This document shows, piece by piece, positions 1 through 10,050 of a stretch of DNA of 64,000 nucleotides. Source of the DNA: Candidatus Magasanikiibacteriota bacterium (GTDB lineage: Bacteria > Patescibacteriota > Patescibacteriia > Magasanikbacterales > 2-02-FULL-50-9b); assembly GCA_903893485.1 (NCBI GenBank), contig CAITMK010000003.1, positions 9,922 through 73,921 on the forward strand, written 5' to 3'. A program made the translations under genes and the position numbers. The notes below the pieces were generated by a model. The model had not been told where the DNA came from. It saw only the letters and a list, made by a program, of their open reading frames with translations, and made no database searches. Every line of letters begins with the position of its first letter. Positions within the stretch are counted from its first letter, which is position 1.

Positions 1-3000
1 GCCACCATTATATAAATCCGTAAGCTGGCCATCTTCCGTTTTGCCCGTCATGTAGGCCGCAGGAAAAGAAAAGTTTGGTTTATCAACCTCAATGCGATAA
101 TTACCAGGGCGAGCAAAAAACTGATACCGACCATCGCGATCCGTAACATGCGATTGTACGACACGGCCCGATTCCGCATCAACGATGCGTACCAATGCCA
201 AATCAGCTGGCAACTTTGAAATCGCGTTATACGCCATGCCCCACCCTTTGCGACGTTTACGCGTAAGTAAAAATAACGGTTGTGTAAATAAAAACCGGAA
301 GTACAACGCAACCTGACTAAAATTTAATGCAGTTGATACACTCGCCGCCACAACCGCTGCTGCCGCTGGCACCACTACCGCCTGATTTGTAATTTGAACC
401 TGCGGCGTTGCAACCGCTTGCTGAACTGCCACCGCGGCTTTAGTAACCGATCGCGAGACTTGCGCCGAAACAGCCTTCACTGCCGTAACAGTTGCGGCAG
501 ATACTGGCGATGAGAATGTATCTGCAACGGCTGAAATTGCATTTGATATTGTTGTTTGTGTCGAGCTAGGAGTAGCGATGATAATCGGTGTTGAGCTCAC
601 CACATCTGTAGTGGAAGAGGTCGAAGAGGTGCCTCCGGTGGTGATAGTACCGCCACCAATTCCGACGGTTGGCGTGGTTGGATTTGTAACCACTGGTGGC
701 AAAATATCCTTTTTAACGGGTGGCGGAATGACCACGGCCTGAGTTAGTGTAATTGATCGTTGCGTTCCATCAAGAAAATCATTTGCCTGATTTAACATGC
801 GAAATTCCAATGAATAGACGCCATCTTGTGCTGGTAATGATAAATTTATATTCCAATTAGCATCTGACCCAACGGTTGTGGTGTAAGTTGTGATTCCATT
901 TTGAACAATAATAATTTTGGCGCCAATTTGCCCGGTGCCCGATGCCGCAACAGAGGTTTTTGTTACCGTAGCACCATCGCTTGGAGAATTCACAACCAGC
1001 GCAACACCCGGAGTCGCCGCAAGAACACTAAAAATATTTATATCTTGTTGTGTGTTTCCTACAATGTCGGACGCAATGGCCGTTGCCTTGTAAACACCAA
1101 CGGGCAACGCATCCGGAACTGCATACGACCAGGTTCCATCGGTTGCAACCGGCACTGCAACGTGTACAATTTCTTTACTATTCGTTTCAATTAATAATAA
1201 TAAATTTGTTTTAACATCAGCGGTACCGGTAAATACAACCGTCCCGCCAGTGACATGCGAATTATTTGTTGGCGCCTTAATGACCGGCGCAGAAGGCACT
1301 ACCGTATTTAAAGTTGTCTTTCCCACGGTAATCGCACTTTCAGTTGCCATTGCAGAGCGAACCTTGATATAAACCGTTTTTTCGCCGTCGCCTGATTGCA
1401 AAAACCATTTTTTTGTACTTGTTGCAGGTTCCCATACGCCGCCCGTAAAATCTGCAGAATTCGAAATCATCATTTGCGCCGCATTTGCGCCGTACGTTAT
1501 TGCTAACGAAACTGTTGTGGTTGAAACATATGTCGGCATTGAAATCGTTGGAGCATCCACCATTTCGATTGGTGTGCTCGACGATATCAGTGTAATCTCT
1601 TGATACGTTGGCGCAGAAAAAGTATTTGTTGGACTTTTCACTATGGCATAAATTCTTTTAACACCCAAGCTACCACTAAGCAGATAACTTATTGCTTGTT
1701 GATATGAACTTACAACCGCATTTGAAAAATCCGATGACAATGAAAAACCCATTTGTTCTGCGTTGGTCGCAACAAGCTTCAAAGTAACTGTTGTTGAGGT
1801 GGTGACGGTTGCACCATCATTAATGGTAAAGCTTTGAATTGCCGGGGTAACTGCATCAGGTCCTAAATAACTGCTAATCGATGGCGAACCACCATTTTCT
1901 GCAGATGTTGTTGCAAGCCCAAAATAAATTATTTCTTTATCAAATACTTGCGAAACGATTGTTGATGAAGCCAAGTAAATTCCAGTTGCCGCGGTAGAAA
2001 AATTAAATGCAGGTGGAGAAATTAAATTGTAATTAAAATAATTAGTTAAAGGTGTGAATCCTGTTACATCGGAAGTGACCGTGTCACTTCCTCCAGAATA
2101 AGAGGACACAGTTACCGGAACTCCCGAGACTGGCGCGCCGCCATTTCGTTCTCCTACATATACACCAACCCTAACAGATGAGGTAACCGCGCTCGCCATC
2201 GGTCCAAATAAGGTCGACGTCGGCATGATATTTGAAGCGACAAAATTATTCAGCAAGCCCGTCGCATTTGAACAGAATTGAACGCCAGTTGAAGTAGCAA
2301 CAGCATCAAATCTGGTAAGGGTATTATTTGCAGACGCACCATCGAGCGCAACACTACAACCCGCATTTGTCGATGTTGTATCTCTAATATCATTATTTGA
2401 TGAATTCAAAAAATATAAACCAGCACCATTAATAGTAAGGCCTGTTGTGTGCGAAATTGCAGGAGGATTATCAAATCCACCAACGATTGTAAGTCCTGCC
2501 CCACTCACCGCAGATGGATTATAAGTGAGTGTGCCTGCTGACGCAGTAAACGCACTTGGAACAAACGCATCTACCGCAATGCCGTGCCCAGCGCAATCTG
2601 GATCTGCGACTATCGCAGCTGCTGACGGATATAAATTATTTGGCGCCCAAACACTTAAATGAAAGCCACTGACTGAAAGCAATGCTAAATTCCAATCGTT
2701 TGTGCCGGAGCCAACTGTACTGGTGATGTCTGTGGCAGATGATGAAATTGGCTGGACATCGCAGCCGGTATTGCGGAAATAAAGAGCGCTATTTGGGGGC
2801 GATCCTATGGCACCAGAATCATTATAATCAGTACCCGCTTTTGAAAAGACAGTTTTGTTTATCAAATAAGCACTAGTCGCAGTTGATGTTGGTGCTGCAT
2901 TTGAATAGTTTGTCGTGACTCCTGAAATATATGAATTATTTACCGAATCGAGGGTGATTACATTGTGAGGAAAAATTGTATCACCTGTATTAATACTCGC

Positions 3001-4731
3001 AGAAACATTAATCAAATTAACATTAACAGCATGACCAATGTATAACGCATTCGTGCCGCCTGAAAGTGTAAAAAATAAATTTTGCAACGACAAATGGTCA
3101 ATACCATCGAAGCGCATCGGGCCAGCCTCATTTGGCGATCCAGTAACTGCAGATATCGAAGCAGATCCTGTGTATGGCCCAAAAATACCAAACATCGATG
3201 ACAGTTGCGTACTCGAGGTCATGCCTCCAAAGGTGTACATGCCAGAAGTTAAATCAATCGAATCACCATTACGAAGACCGGCGGTTGATGTTGCGATATA
3301 AAAAAGATCAAAAGCATCCACCGTGTTATAATCGATTGGATCACCATGACCAGCCCAACTGATATGAATATTTGCGCGGCGAACCCCGCTAAAGGCGCCA
3401 ATATCGTCGGTTCCGTTTACATCCAAGTAATCGCTCCATGGCGCAGGTTCCCAATCATCTGACGTTGAAATATCTTCTAATCGCATGAATGGATTTGATG
3501 TTTTATCCGTTCCATTTGGCGTAAACCCGCCAACTAAATCGCGGTATGGAATATTGAATCCATAAAACCCGTTGTAACCCTGCGTAATCGTAAGTGTTTG
3601 CGGCTGATTAAGTTGAAATGTTAATCCAGCGGTACCCGTTAAACTGCTCGACGCCATCTGCGCGGTAGGAATGAGCGGCTGCCCCTTAACTGAGGCGTAA
3701 TTATAAAATAAATTTTTTGAAATGGTGTATGATGCTGCGCCCGCGGCACCCATAATTTCTGGAGTGGCAACCGTAATAGCGGTTTCATTCCCCGTTGAAG
3801 AAGTCATGAACGTGTTATTTTCGATATCCATTGGAGCGCCCTGCTCGCTTCGAAACACAATAAAACCGTTCGTTAATGCAAATGGAGCTGAAAATACATT
3901 CCCCTTAAAAGTGATCGTAGCATTCCCAAAAATAGGATTATTTACTTGGTCCAATACGGTTCCTGTATAAAAGGTTTTATTGTTTGTAAACACAAAGGTT
4001 GCTGAATTATATCCCGTTGCCCCGTTACCATCAGTCGATCGATAATCAGTTAAATTGAAAGTATTATTATCAATGGTGAACGTACCAAGCGGTCCAGTGC
4101 CCTCAAAATTAATAAACGTTTTAAAAGAACCTGCGGGCGCACTAAAAGTATTATTGCTAATCGTTGCGTTTGTTGAAGTAGAAGCGTAAATCTGAAAATA
4201 ACCAGTGCTGCCGGTCACCAATGGCGATGTGAATGAATCTAAATTTATTGCTGATTGCGAAGCTGGGTCAAAAGTGATGTTGCTTACCGTAAAACCCGCG
4301 TTTGAACCCGCGGCAGTATTTCGATAAATTTGAAGTCTGCGCGCGTTACAATTTTGAACGCCACCCGCACCTGTTGTATTTAAATAAATTGTTGTGGATG
4401 CCGCGGTTGTGCCCAAATAAGCACCGCTACTTTCACAATCGATAACCACATCAGGCTGTGTCGCGGTAATTGTTGTTCCCGCTTCGGCCGTTGGATCGTA
4501 AGTTCCCTGCACGCGAATGGTGCCACCAACCCCAACAAAACTTGCGTCGCCTTCTGCCGCTGCAATCGTGGTGTAATCGCAACCACTTGAACACACCGTT
4601 ACCGACGCTGTTGCGTGCACCTTAAAAACTACAAAAAGTGCCCCGATAATCGCGACATATGAAAGAAAAATCGTGTACCAAACTTTTTCTTTTGGGCTTT
4701 CGACTTTACCTTTAAAAAAACCAAGATGCAT
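1..4731 (-). CDS. giant cell-surface protein, paralog 1 of 3 (partial; C-terminus runs off the window start)
   Basis: ATG at 4731 (rc of tgcat 4727-4731). N-terminus MHLGFFKGKVESPKEKVWYTIFLSYVAIIGALFVVFKVHA matches the N-termini of the two downstream paralogs. The rc of nt 1-300 encodes ...AAYMTGKTEDGQLTDL.../...RKRRKGWGMAYNAISKLPADLALVRI...DRDGRYQFFARPGNYRIEV... in the same frame as the ATG (4731 and 60 are both 0 mod 3). Only short ORFs lie on the + strand across the region. Confidence 0.8.
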   Translation of the reverse strand, partial: MHLGFFKGKVESPKEKVWYTIFLSYVAIIGALFVVFKVHATASVTVCSSGCDYTTIAAAEGDASFVGVGGTIRVQGTYDPTAEAGTTITATQPDVVIDCESSGAYLGTTAASTTIYLNTTGAGGVQNCNARRLQIYRNTAAGSNAGFTVSNITFDPASQSAINLDSFTSPLVTGSTGYFQIYASTSTNATISNNTFSAPAGSFKTFINFEGTGPLGTFTIDNNTFNLTDYRSTDGNGATGYNSATFVFTNNKTFYTGTVLDQVNNPIFGNATITFKGNVFSAPFALTNGFIVFRSEQGAPMDIENNTFMTSSTGNETAITVATPEIMGAAGAASYTISKNLFYNYASVKGQPLIPTAQMASSSLTGTAGLTFQLNQPQTLTITQGYNGFYGFNIPYRDLVGGFTPNGTDKTSNPFMRLEDISTSDDWEPAPWSDYLDVNGTDDIGAFSGVRRANIHISWAGHGDPIDYNTVDAFDLFYIATSTAGLRNGDSIDLTSGMYTFGGMTSSTQLSSMFGIFGPYTGSASISAVTGSPNEAGPMRFDGIDHLSLQNLFFTLSGGTNALYIGHAVNVNLINVSASINTGDTIFPHNVITLDSVNNSYISGVTTNYSNAAPTSTATSAYLINKTVFSKAGTDYNDSGAIGSPPNSALYFRNTGCDVQPISSSATDITSTVGSGTNDWNLALLSVSGFHLSVWAPNNLYPSAAAIVADPDCAGHGIAVDAFVPSAFTASAGTLTYNPSAVSGAGLTIVGGFDNPPAISHTTGLTINGAGLYFLNSSNNDIRDTTSTNAGCSVALDGASANNTLTRFDAVATSTGVQFCSNATGLLNNFVASNIMPTSTLFGPMASAVTSSVRVGVYVGERNGGAPVSGVPVTVSSYSGGSDTVTSDVTGFTPLTNYFNYNLISPPAFNFSTAATGIYLASSTIVSQVFDKEIIYFGLATTSAENGGSPSISSYLGPDAVTPAIQSFTINDGATVTTSTTVTLKLVATNAEQMGFSLSSDFSNAVVSSYQQAISYLLSGSLGVKRIYAIVKSPTNTFSAPTYQEITLISSSTPIEMVDAPTISMPTYVSTTTVSLAITYGANAAQMMISNSADFTGGVWEPATSTKKWFLQSGDGEKTVYIKVRSAMATESAITVGKTTLNTVVPSAPVIKAPTNNSHVTGGTVVFTGTADVKTNLLLLIETNSKEIVHVAVPVATDGTWSYAVPDALPVGVYKATAIASDIVGNTQQDINIFSVLAATPGVALVVNSPSDGATVTKTSVAASGTGQIGAKIIIVQNGITTYTTTVGSDANWNINLSLPAQDGVYSLEFRMLNQANDFLDGTQRSITLTQAVVIPPPVKKDILPPVVTNPTTPTVGIGGGTITTGGTSSTSSTTDVVSSTPIIIATPSSTQTTISNAISAVADTFSSPVSAATVTAVKAVSAQVSRSVTKAAVAVQQAVATPQVQITNQAVVVPAAAAVVAASVSTALNFSQVALYFRFLFTQPLFLLTRKRRKGWGMAYNAISKLPADLALVRIVDAESGRVVQSHVTDRDGRYQFFARPGNYRIEVDKPNFSFPAAYMTGKTEDGQLTDLYNGG

Positions 4732-4746
4732 ACATTTTGCGTATGT

Positions 4747-4785
4747 ATTATAACATTAATAAAGGTTTTATGAACCTGTTGACAA
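4747..4785 (-). promoter_or_regulatory. candidate promoter of paralog 1 (extended -10 TGTTATAAT, 15 nt upstream of the ATG)
   Basis: rc of attataaca at about 4747-4755 gives TGTTATAAT; a TTCATA -35-like hexamer lies 16 nt upstream. Confidence 0.45.
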
Positions 4786-4787
4786 CT

Positions 4788-7700
4788 CTAGGCACCTTGC
4801 ATTTGCAATGTCACATCTTTTGCAAGTGATGCGCCACCTTCTGGAGCATTTATCGTTATCGGTTCGGTTGTTACTGTTTGATAACCCGGCTTTTCTGCCA
4901 TAACATAATACTGATTTGAACCAACAAGAAATGAATAACGCCCGTCATTGCCTGTAATTTGGGTTTCCAAAAGTTTGTTATATTGTGTATCGAACACGCG
5001 AACAATTGCATTTGCAACTGCCGCACCAGAAGCGTCTTTTATAACACCCCAATCTTTTGGTTTTTTTGTTATTGCCAGGCGGCGAAACACAAAATAACTT
5101 ACAACCTGCGCAGCCAAAAACGCCCCCACAAAAATGGTTGGCGAAACTGCAAATGAGACGGCGGTAAGTACAACGCCGCCTGCGCCTAATATATTTACCA
5201 ACCGGCTCTTATTTTTTGCGTGTAAAATTTCACTCACATCCTTATGTTCCCCGCCAGGATCGAGTGGTAAATTATATGAGATCTGTGCGGCAGCGGTAAG
5301 CGGTACGGTACCACCAGTATACAAATCAGCAAGTTGCCCATCTTCTGTTTTTCCAGCCATGTATGCAGCAGGAAAAGAGAAATTTGGTTTATCAACCTCA
5401 ATACGATAATTCCCCGGGCGTGCAAAAAACTGATACCGACCATCTCGATCTGTTACGTGTGATTGCACCACGCGACCTGAATCTGCATTTATAATGCGCA
5501 CCAACGCTAAGTCTGCAGGCAATTTTGAAATTGCATTATAAGCCATACCCCACCCTTTGCGACGTTTACGCGTGAGCAAAAATAATGGTTGGGTAAACAA
5601 AAAGCGGAAATACAAAGCGATCTGCCCAAGGTTAAGTGAAGTTGAAACACCCGCCGCAACAACTGCTGCGGCTGCTGGGACCACAACCGCCTGGTTGGCA
5701 ATTTGAACCTCTGGAGCCTGAGCAATTCGTTGTGCCGCAGCAGCTGTTTTGGTAACACGAGCTGAAACTTTTTTCACAGCATCTACAGCAGCTTGAATCG
5801 GCTCTGCCGCAGCTATAAACTGCGCAGCTGTGGTGGTAACTACTGCCGGCTCCGTGCTTGTAGTTACAACAACTTGCTCCGCGCTTGTCACAATTTGGCT
5901 TGTTGATGTTGGCGTTTCAATTACTAATGTCGCACCTCCTGGAGCGGGCGCTGGAGCAGCAGTACCGCCTGGCGCGGTGACTGTGGTGGTATCAATTACT
6001 TTTTTATCTGGCGGAGGTGGAACAACTGGCAAATCCACCACAACGCTTCTTTGTACACTATCGAGAAGATTATTACCTGCGTCCACCATTCGATATTCAA
6101 ATGCGTACGTATCACTCACCGCTGCTAAAGAAATTGGGATGCTCCATTTACCATTTGTCCCAATCACACTGGTGAATGTTGCAGTGCCCTGCACCACTAC
6201 AATGTGTGCGCCCGCTTTACCAGAGCCATTTGCGACAAATATATTTTTAGAAATGGTTGTACCATCCGAAGGAAACGAAACCATGAGCGGAATCGCGGGC
6301 TCTGAAGCAAGAATTGTAAAATTACTGAAATCTTCACTCTGATTTCCTGCAATATCGGTTGATCGCGCCAAAATCTGATACGAACCAACAGGTAGCGCAT
6401 CTGGCACCGCATAACTCCACGCTCCCTGAGCACTGATTGGGAATGTAACATGCACAACCTCTTTTTGATTTGATGAAAGAGTTAATACAAACGGTTCGTG
6501 TGGATCCGCAGAACCAGAAATAGTAATCGCGCCATTGGTTAATTTTTCATTATTTTTTGGAGTAGTGATTACTGGAGTCGCCGGCGCAGTTGCGTCTAAA
6601 ATTAATGTTGCCACCACCGTTGAACTTTCTGTTCCCGTTCCAGAACGGACCTTAATATAAATTGTTTTTTGTCCATCAGGTGCTGGCAATTTCCAAACCT
6701 TATTTGGCGCTAAAGGCTCCCACTCGCTCCCCACAAAATTTGCAGAATTACTAAGCATCATTTGAGATGCCGTATCATCATAGCCAATTGTTAACAAAAC
6801 CTCTGTTGATGTTGCATATGCCGGCGCACTAATTGTTGGTGCAGTTACTGGCCGCTGCGGCGTGCTTTCTGCAACCAGTGTTATATTTTGCACTGATACC
6901 GCACTCTCGCCGCCATCACTGCCGCGGACTTTTGCATAAATGTGTTTCAGGCCAAGCGCTGAATCCAGCAAAAATGATGAGGTTTGTGAATATGCTTGCC
7001 ATACAGTATTTGCAAATGAATCGTTCAAAGAAAATACCATTTGCGTCGCAGTGTTTGCCACAATACCGAGTGTTACGGTGGTAGATGCTGTTGTAGTAGC
7101 GCCGCTATTAATTCCAAAGCTACTAATGATTGGAGTAACTGTTTGTGGCGGCCCGCTACCATTACAATTAGTACATGGCGGCGGTGGCGTAACCGGCGGA
7201 GTGGTGGAGGTCATGTATACAGTAAACGTTTGGTTTTGTGAAACCAATTCACTGCGTGTAGATGTTGCATATAAACCACCTATTGCCGCAACTGAAATTG
7301 TGTATTGCCCCGCAGCAAAGAGCCCGGAGTATGGCGTATATCCACTTCCATCCGTTGTCATTAGGGTTGAAGACGTTGCGCCGATATCTGCAATTGTTAC
7401 TGTAGCACCAGCAATTGGGGTGCTGTAAGTATCTAAAATTCGTGCGCGCGTGTTATACATGAGCGCAGGAGAAGTGGCCACAGAAGAATACGATGCCGGC
7501 ACACTGCTGAGCGTTGGAATAAAAAATTCATTATAGTTGCCCGGGTTTGCATTTGAACAAATATCGTATTCTAAACTTGCGCTTGCAACGTAATTATAAA
7601 ATAAATTTGCATTTCCACTATTTGATCCAGATGATCCCGCAAATCCAACACCGCAAGTGTTCCCTGTTGAAGTTATATTAGTAAAGGTATTTCCACCTGA

Positions 7701-9992
7701 ATCATTCATTCCTATACCAGCACCATTTACAACTTTTGTTCTGGTAAGTGCGGCTGGACTATCAAAACCTGAAATAATTGTTGCCCCAGCAGACGCAATG
7801 GCGGCACTGTTATATGTAAAATCTTGGCCAGAGAAAGTGAAGGCGTTGGAGATAAATTTATCAACTACAACACCAGCATCGCTGCACAACGCTTCAACAG
7901 TGCCTGCATCTGACGCAACATGATTAGGCATCCACATTGTTAATCGCGCATTGCCCTGCGTTGGCACTCTAATAAGTGCCAAATGCCAACTTTCTGGCAA
8001 TACCAAATGTCCGTCATTAAGGATTGCTTCTGTTACGCTCGTCGCAGTCTCAAACGCTTTAGCATCGCAACCAGAATTATTACCCCCTCCTAACGCGAGC
8101 GTTGTCGAGGTATGCCATCCAATAGATGCACCATCAGAATAATTATGACCACCATATTGGTAAGCGGTATTAGACAGCATATACGACGGAAGAGTGCTCG
8201 AGGTAAAGCCAGCTGTGGCAATGTCGGTAAATGTCGAATTCGTTACAGCATTTAAACCAAGGCCGTCCGGTGCAGATCCTGTTGTTTTTACGACTTGAAT
8301 ATCAGAGAACGCGGCATTCTGCGCATTATTAATTGTCACAGTTGGCCCCCATAATCCACCGCATGTACGATCATCAAACTTAATATGTGAAATACTAAGT
8401 GAATCAATTCCATTGAACTGGGTATCGTGCGACAAATCTAAACACGAAATATTTGTTTCGGGGCCGCCGCCAATTCCAGAGCCAGAACCAACAATGGTAA
8501 GCCCTGATGCCATACCAGTGCTAGACGAAAAAATGCCAGCTGTGTATTGACCAGCCGCAATGTGCACGGTATCACCATTTGCTAAACCACCATTTGTTGC
8601 CAAAATACTGTCGGTATTTGTCGCGTCAACTGTGTTGTAGTCAACAGTTCCTGCGGCATCGATATACACGTTAGATCGACGCACTCCGCTGTACGCACCA
8701 ATATCCTCTGTCCCATCTACATCAAAATAATCGCTCCATGGGGCAGGCTCCATATCATCGGAAGTAGACACATTTTCCAAACGTAGATGTGGGTTATCCA
8801 AACGGTCGTACGAATCCAAAGTTACATAAGCCGGGGCATAATAACCCATCGGCTCTCCAAATCCATACATCCCATTTGCGTGATTAGTAATGATATAACT
8901 TCCACCACTCTCATTTCTAAAATTAAGAGCCTGAACACCGCCGTCACCGACAGATGCAACCTGTTTATTATAAAATAAATTATATTCTATATCTGCAGAT
9001 AAGCTACCGCCATATGCAGTAGAAAACCCAACCATACTACCCATTGCAACAGTGCTCACAACCGTATTGTGCTTGAATTCAACATGATCATGTTCACCTC
9101 CTAATCCACCAAAAAAAGCTATATATGACAATCCCGTTGTCTGTGTGTATCCGAAATTAAAATAATTTCCATCAACTATAAAATCACCGCCACCAAAAGC
9201 GAGCTCATCAAACCCTACAGGGGCCGTCCCGACAAATTCAACCGTATTTGAAGAAAAATTTAAACTACCCCCACTAAAGTTCCACCAAATATTATTAAAT
9301 CCGTCAATTGTGAAGTGATTATTCGTGATAGTTCCCTGTGGCATGGCTCCACGAGTGACAAGAACGACCGAATTAAAATTCATTTCACCAGTCATGGTAT
9401 TTCCGTCGATAATAGGTGCGACTGACCAAGCAATATCAATAGTAAAATGCCCTGTATTATTCTGAATCAAAGGTCCGCTAAAATATTGCAGGGTGAGCAA
9501 AGACCACGAAGATGGGTCAAACGTATTTCCAGAAATTGTGGCCCCAGTGGTTATGTCTCCATCCAGTACAACATGAGCATTCACCAATGTATTTCGAACA
9601 TTACAATTATTTAGCGAATCGCCAGAAATCATGCTTATCGTTGTTGTTGCTGTTGGATCCAACACACCAATGTACGCTCCACTATTTTGACAATCAATTG
9701 CAGTGTTTGTGTATGATGGCGCTATTACTGCCGATGGGTACGATGGTTCCCCTGTTGGATCGTAGGTTGCTTGTACAGAAACTGTACCTCCACCAGATAG
9801 GGTGGCGTCTGTTACTGCGGTGGTGATGTTGGTGTAGTCACAACCACTAGCACACACGGTAATAGTTGGAGTTGCGTGAACACGGAAAACTACAAATAGC
9901 GCCCCGATAATCGCGACGTATAATATAAAAGTGGCAAACCAGATTTTTTCTCCCTGGCCTTCCCCATGACGTTGTAATAAACCAAAATGCAT
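4788..9992 (-). CDS. giant cell-surface protein, paralog 2 (1734 aa): N-terminal signal anchor, parallel beta-helix-like central region, Ig-like domains, C-terminal polytopic membrane module with two CarboxypepD_reg-like domains
   Basis: Uninterrupted 5.2-kb ORF with ATG start. N-terminal hydrophobic segment IWFATFILYVAIIGALFVVF follows a short basic N-terminus. Recurrent N/G/T-rich beta-helix-type repeats, PPPP linkers, and two units of [TM]-(KRRKGWG/KKPKDWG)-[~85 aa with DRDGRYQF...GNYRIEV / GNDGRYSF...YYVM]. Confidence 0.9.
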   Translation of the reverse strand: MHFGLLQRHGEGQGEKIWFATFILYVAIIGALFVVFRVHATPTITVCASGCDYTNITTAVTDATLSGGGTVSVQATYDPTGEPSYPSAVIAPSYTNTAIDCQNSGAYIGVLDPTATTTISMISGDSLNNCNVRNTLVNAHVVLDGDITTGATISGNTFDPSSWSLLTLQYFSGPLIQNNTGHFTIDIAWSVAPIIDGNTMTGEMNFNSVVLVTRGAMPQGTITNNHFTIDGFNNIWWNFSGGSLNFSSNTVEFVGTAPVGFDELAFGGGDFIVDGNYFNFGYTQTTGLSYIAFFGGLGGEHDHVEFKHNTVVSTVAMGSMVGFSTAYGGSLSADIEYNLFYNKQVASVGDGGVQALNFRNESGGSYIITNHANGMYGFGEPMGYYAPAYVTLDSYDRLDNPHLRLENVSTSDDMEPAPWSDYFDVDGTEDIGAYSGVRRSNVYIDAAGTVDYNTVDATNTDSILATNGGLANGDTVHIAAGQYTAGIFSSSTGMASGLTIVGSGSGIGGGPETNISCLDLSHDTQFNGIDSLSISHIKFDDRTCGGLWGPTVTINNAQNAAFSDIQVVKTTGSAPDGLGLNAVTNSTFTDIATAGFTSSTLPSYMLSNTAYQYGGHNYSDGASIGWHTSTTLALGGGNNSGCDAKAFETATSVTEAILNDGHLVLPESWHLALIRVPTQGNARLTMWMPNHVASDAGTVEALCSDAGVVVDKFISNAFTFSGQDFTYNSAAIASAGATIISGFDSPAALTRTKVVNGAGIGMNDSGGNTFTNITSTGNTCGVGFAGSSGSNSGNANLFYNYVASASLEYDICSNANPGNYNEFFIPTLSSVPASYSSVATSPALMYNTRARILDTYSTPIAGATVTIADIGATSSTLMTTDGSGYTPYSGLFAAGQYTISVAAIGGLYATSTRSELVSQNQTFTVYMTSTTPPVTPPPPCTNCNGSGPPQTVTPIISSFGINSGATTTASTTVTLGIVANTATQMVFSLNDSFANTVWQAYSQTSSFLLDSALGLKHIYAKVRGSDGGESAVSVQNITLVAESTPQRPVTAPTISAPAYATSTEVLLTIGYDDTASQMMLSNSANFVGSEWEPLAPNKVWKLPAPDGQKTIYIKVRSGTGTESSTVVATLILDATAPATPVITTPKNNEKLTNGAITISGSADPHEPFVLTLSSNQKEVVHVTFPISAQGAWSYAVPDALPVGSYQILARSTDIAGNQSEDFSNFTILASEPAIPLMVSFPSDGTTISKNIFVANGSGKAGAHIVVVQGTATFTSVIGTNGKWSIPISLAAVSDTYAFEYRMVDAGNNLLDSVQRSVVVDLPVVPPPPDKKVIDTTTVTAPGGTAAPAPAPGGATLVIETPTSTSQIVTSAEQVVVTTSTEPAVVTTTAAQFIAAAEPIQAAVDAVKKVSARVTKTAAAAQRIAQAPEVQIANQAVVVPAAAAVVAAGVSTSLNLGQIALYFRFLFTQPLFLLTRKRRKGWGMAYNAISKLPADLALVRIINADSGRVVQSHVTDRDGRYQFFARPGNYRIEVDKPNFSFPAAYMAGKTEDGQLADLYTGGTVPLTAAAQISYNLPLDPGGEHKDVSEILHAKNKSRLVNILGAGGVVLTAVSFAVSPTIFVGAFLAAQVVSYFVFRRLAITKKPKDWGVIKDASGAAVANAIVRVFDTQYNKLLETQITGNDGRYSFLVGSNQYYVMAEKPGYQTVTTEPITINAPEGGASLAKDVTLQMQGA

Positions 9993-10009
9993 ACGTGGGT
10001 GGCGTATGC

Positions 10010-10045
10010 ATTATAGCACTTAAAAAGATTTTTCGGATCTGTTAG
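10010..10045 (-). promoter_or_regulatory. candidate promoter of paralog 2 (extended -10 TGCTATAAT)
   Basis: rc of attatagca at about 10010-10018, 17 nt from the ATG at 9992. Confidence 0.45.
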
Positions 10046-10050
10046 TAATT

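Noticed and set aside
48-311. 87-aa minus-strand ORF, with similar ORFs at 5234..5443 and 5507..5758, that looks conserved between the giant-gene copies
   Set aside because: They lie in alternative frames of the giant paralog genes and are conserved only because the underlying nucleotide sequence is. The composition is Arg/Leu-rich frame noise.
5830-7428. +-strand ORFs of 162-170 aa antisense to giant paralog 2, with analogous ones at 11105..11638 and 13469..14395
   Set aside because: Antisense to a 1734-aa ORF with clear domain structure. They are low-complexity with no start or SD context.
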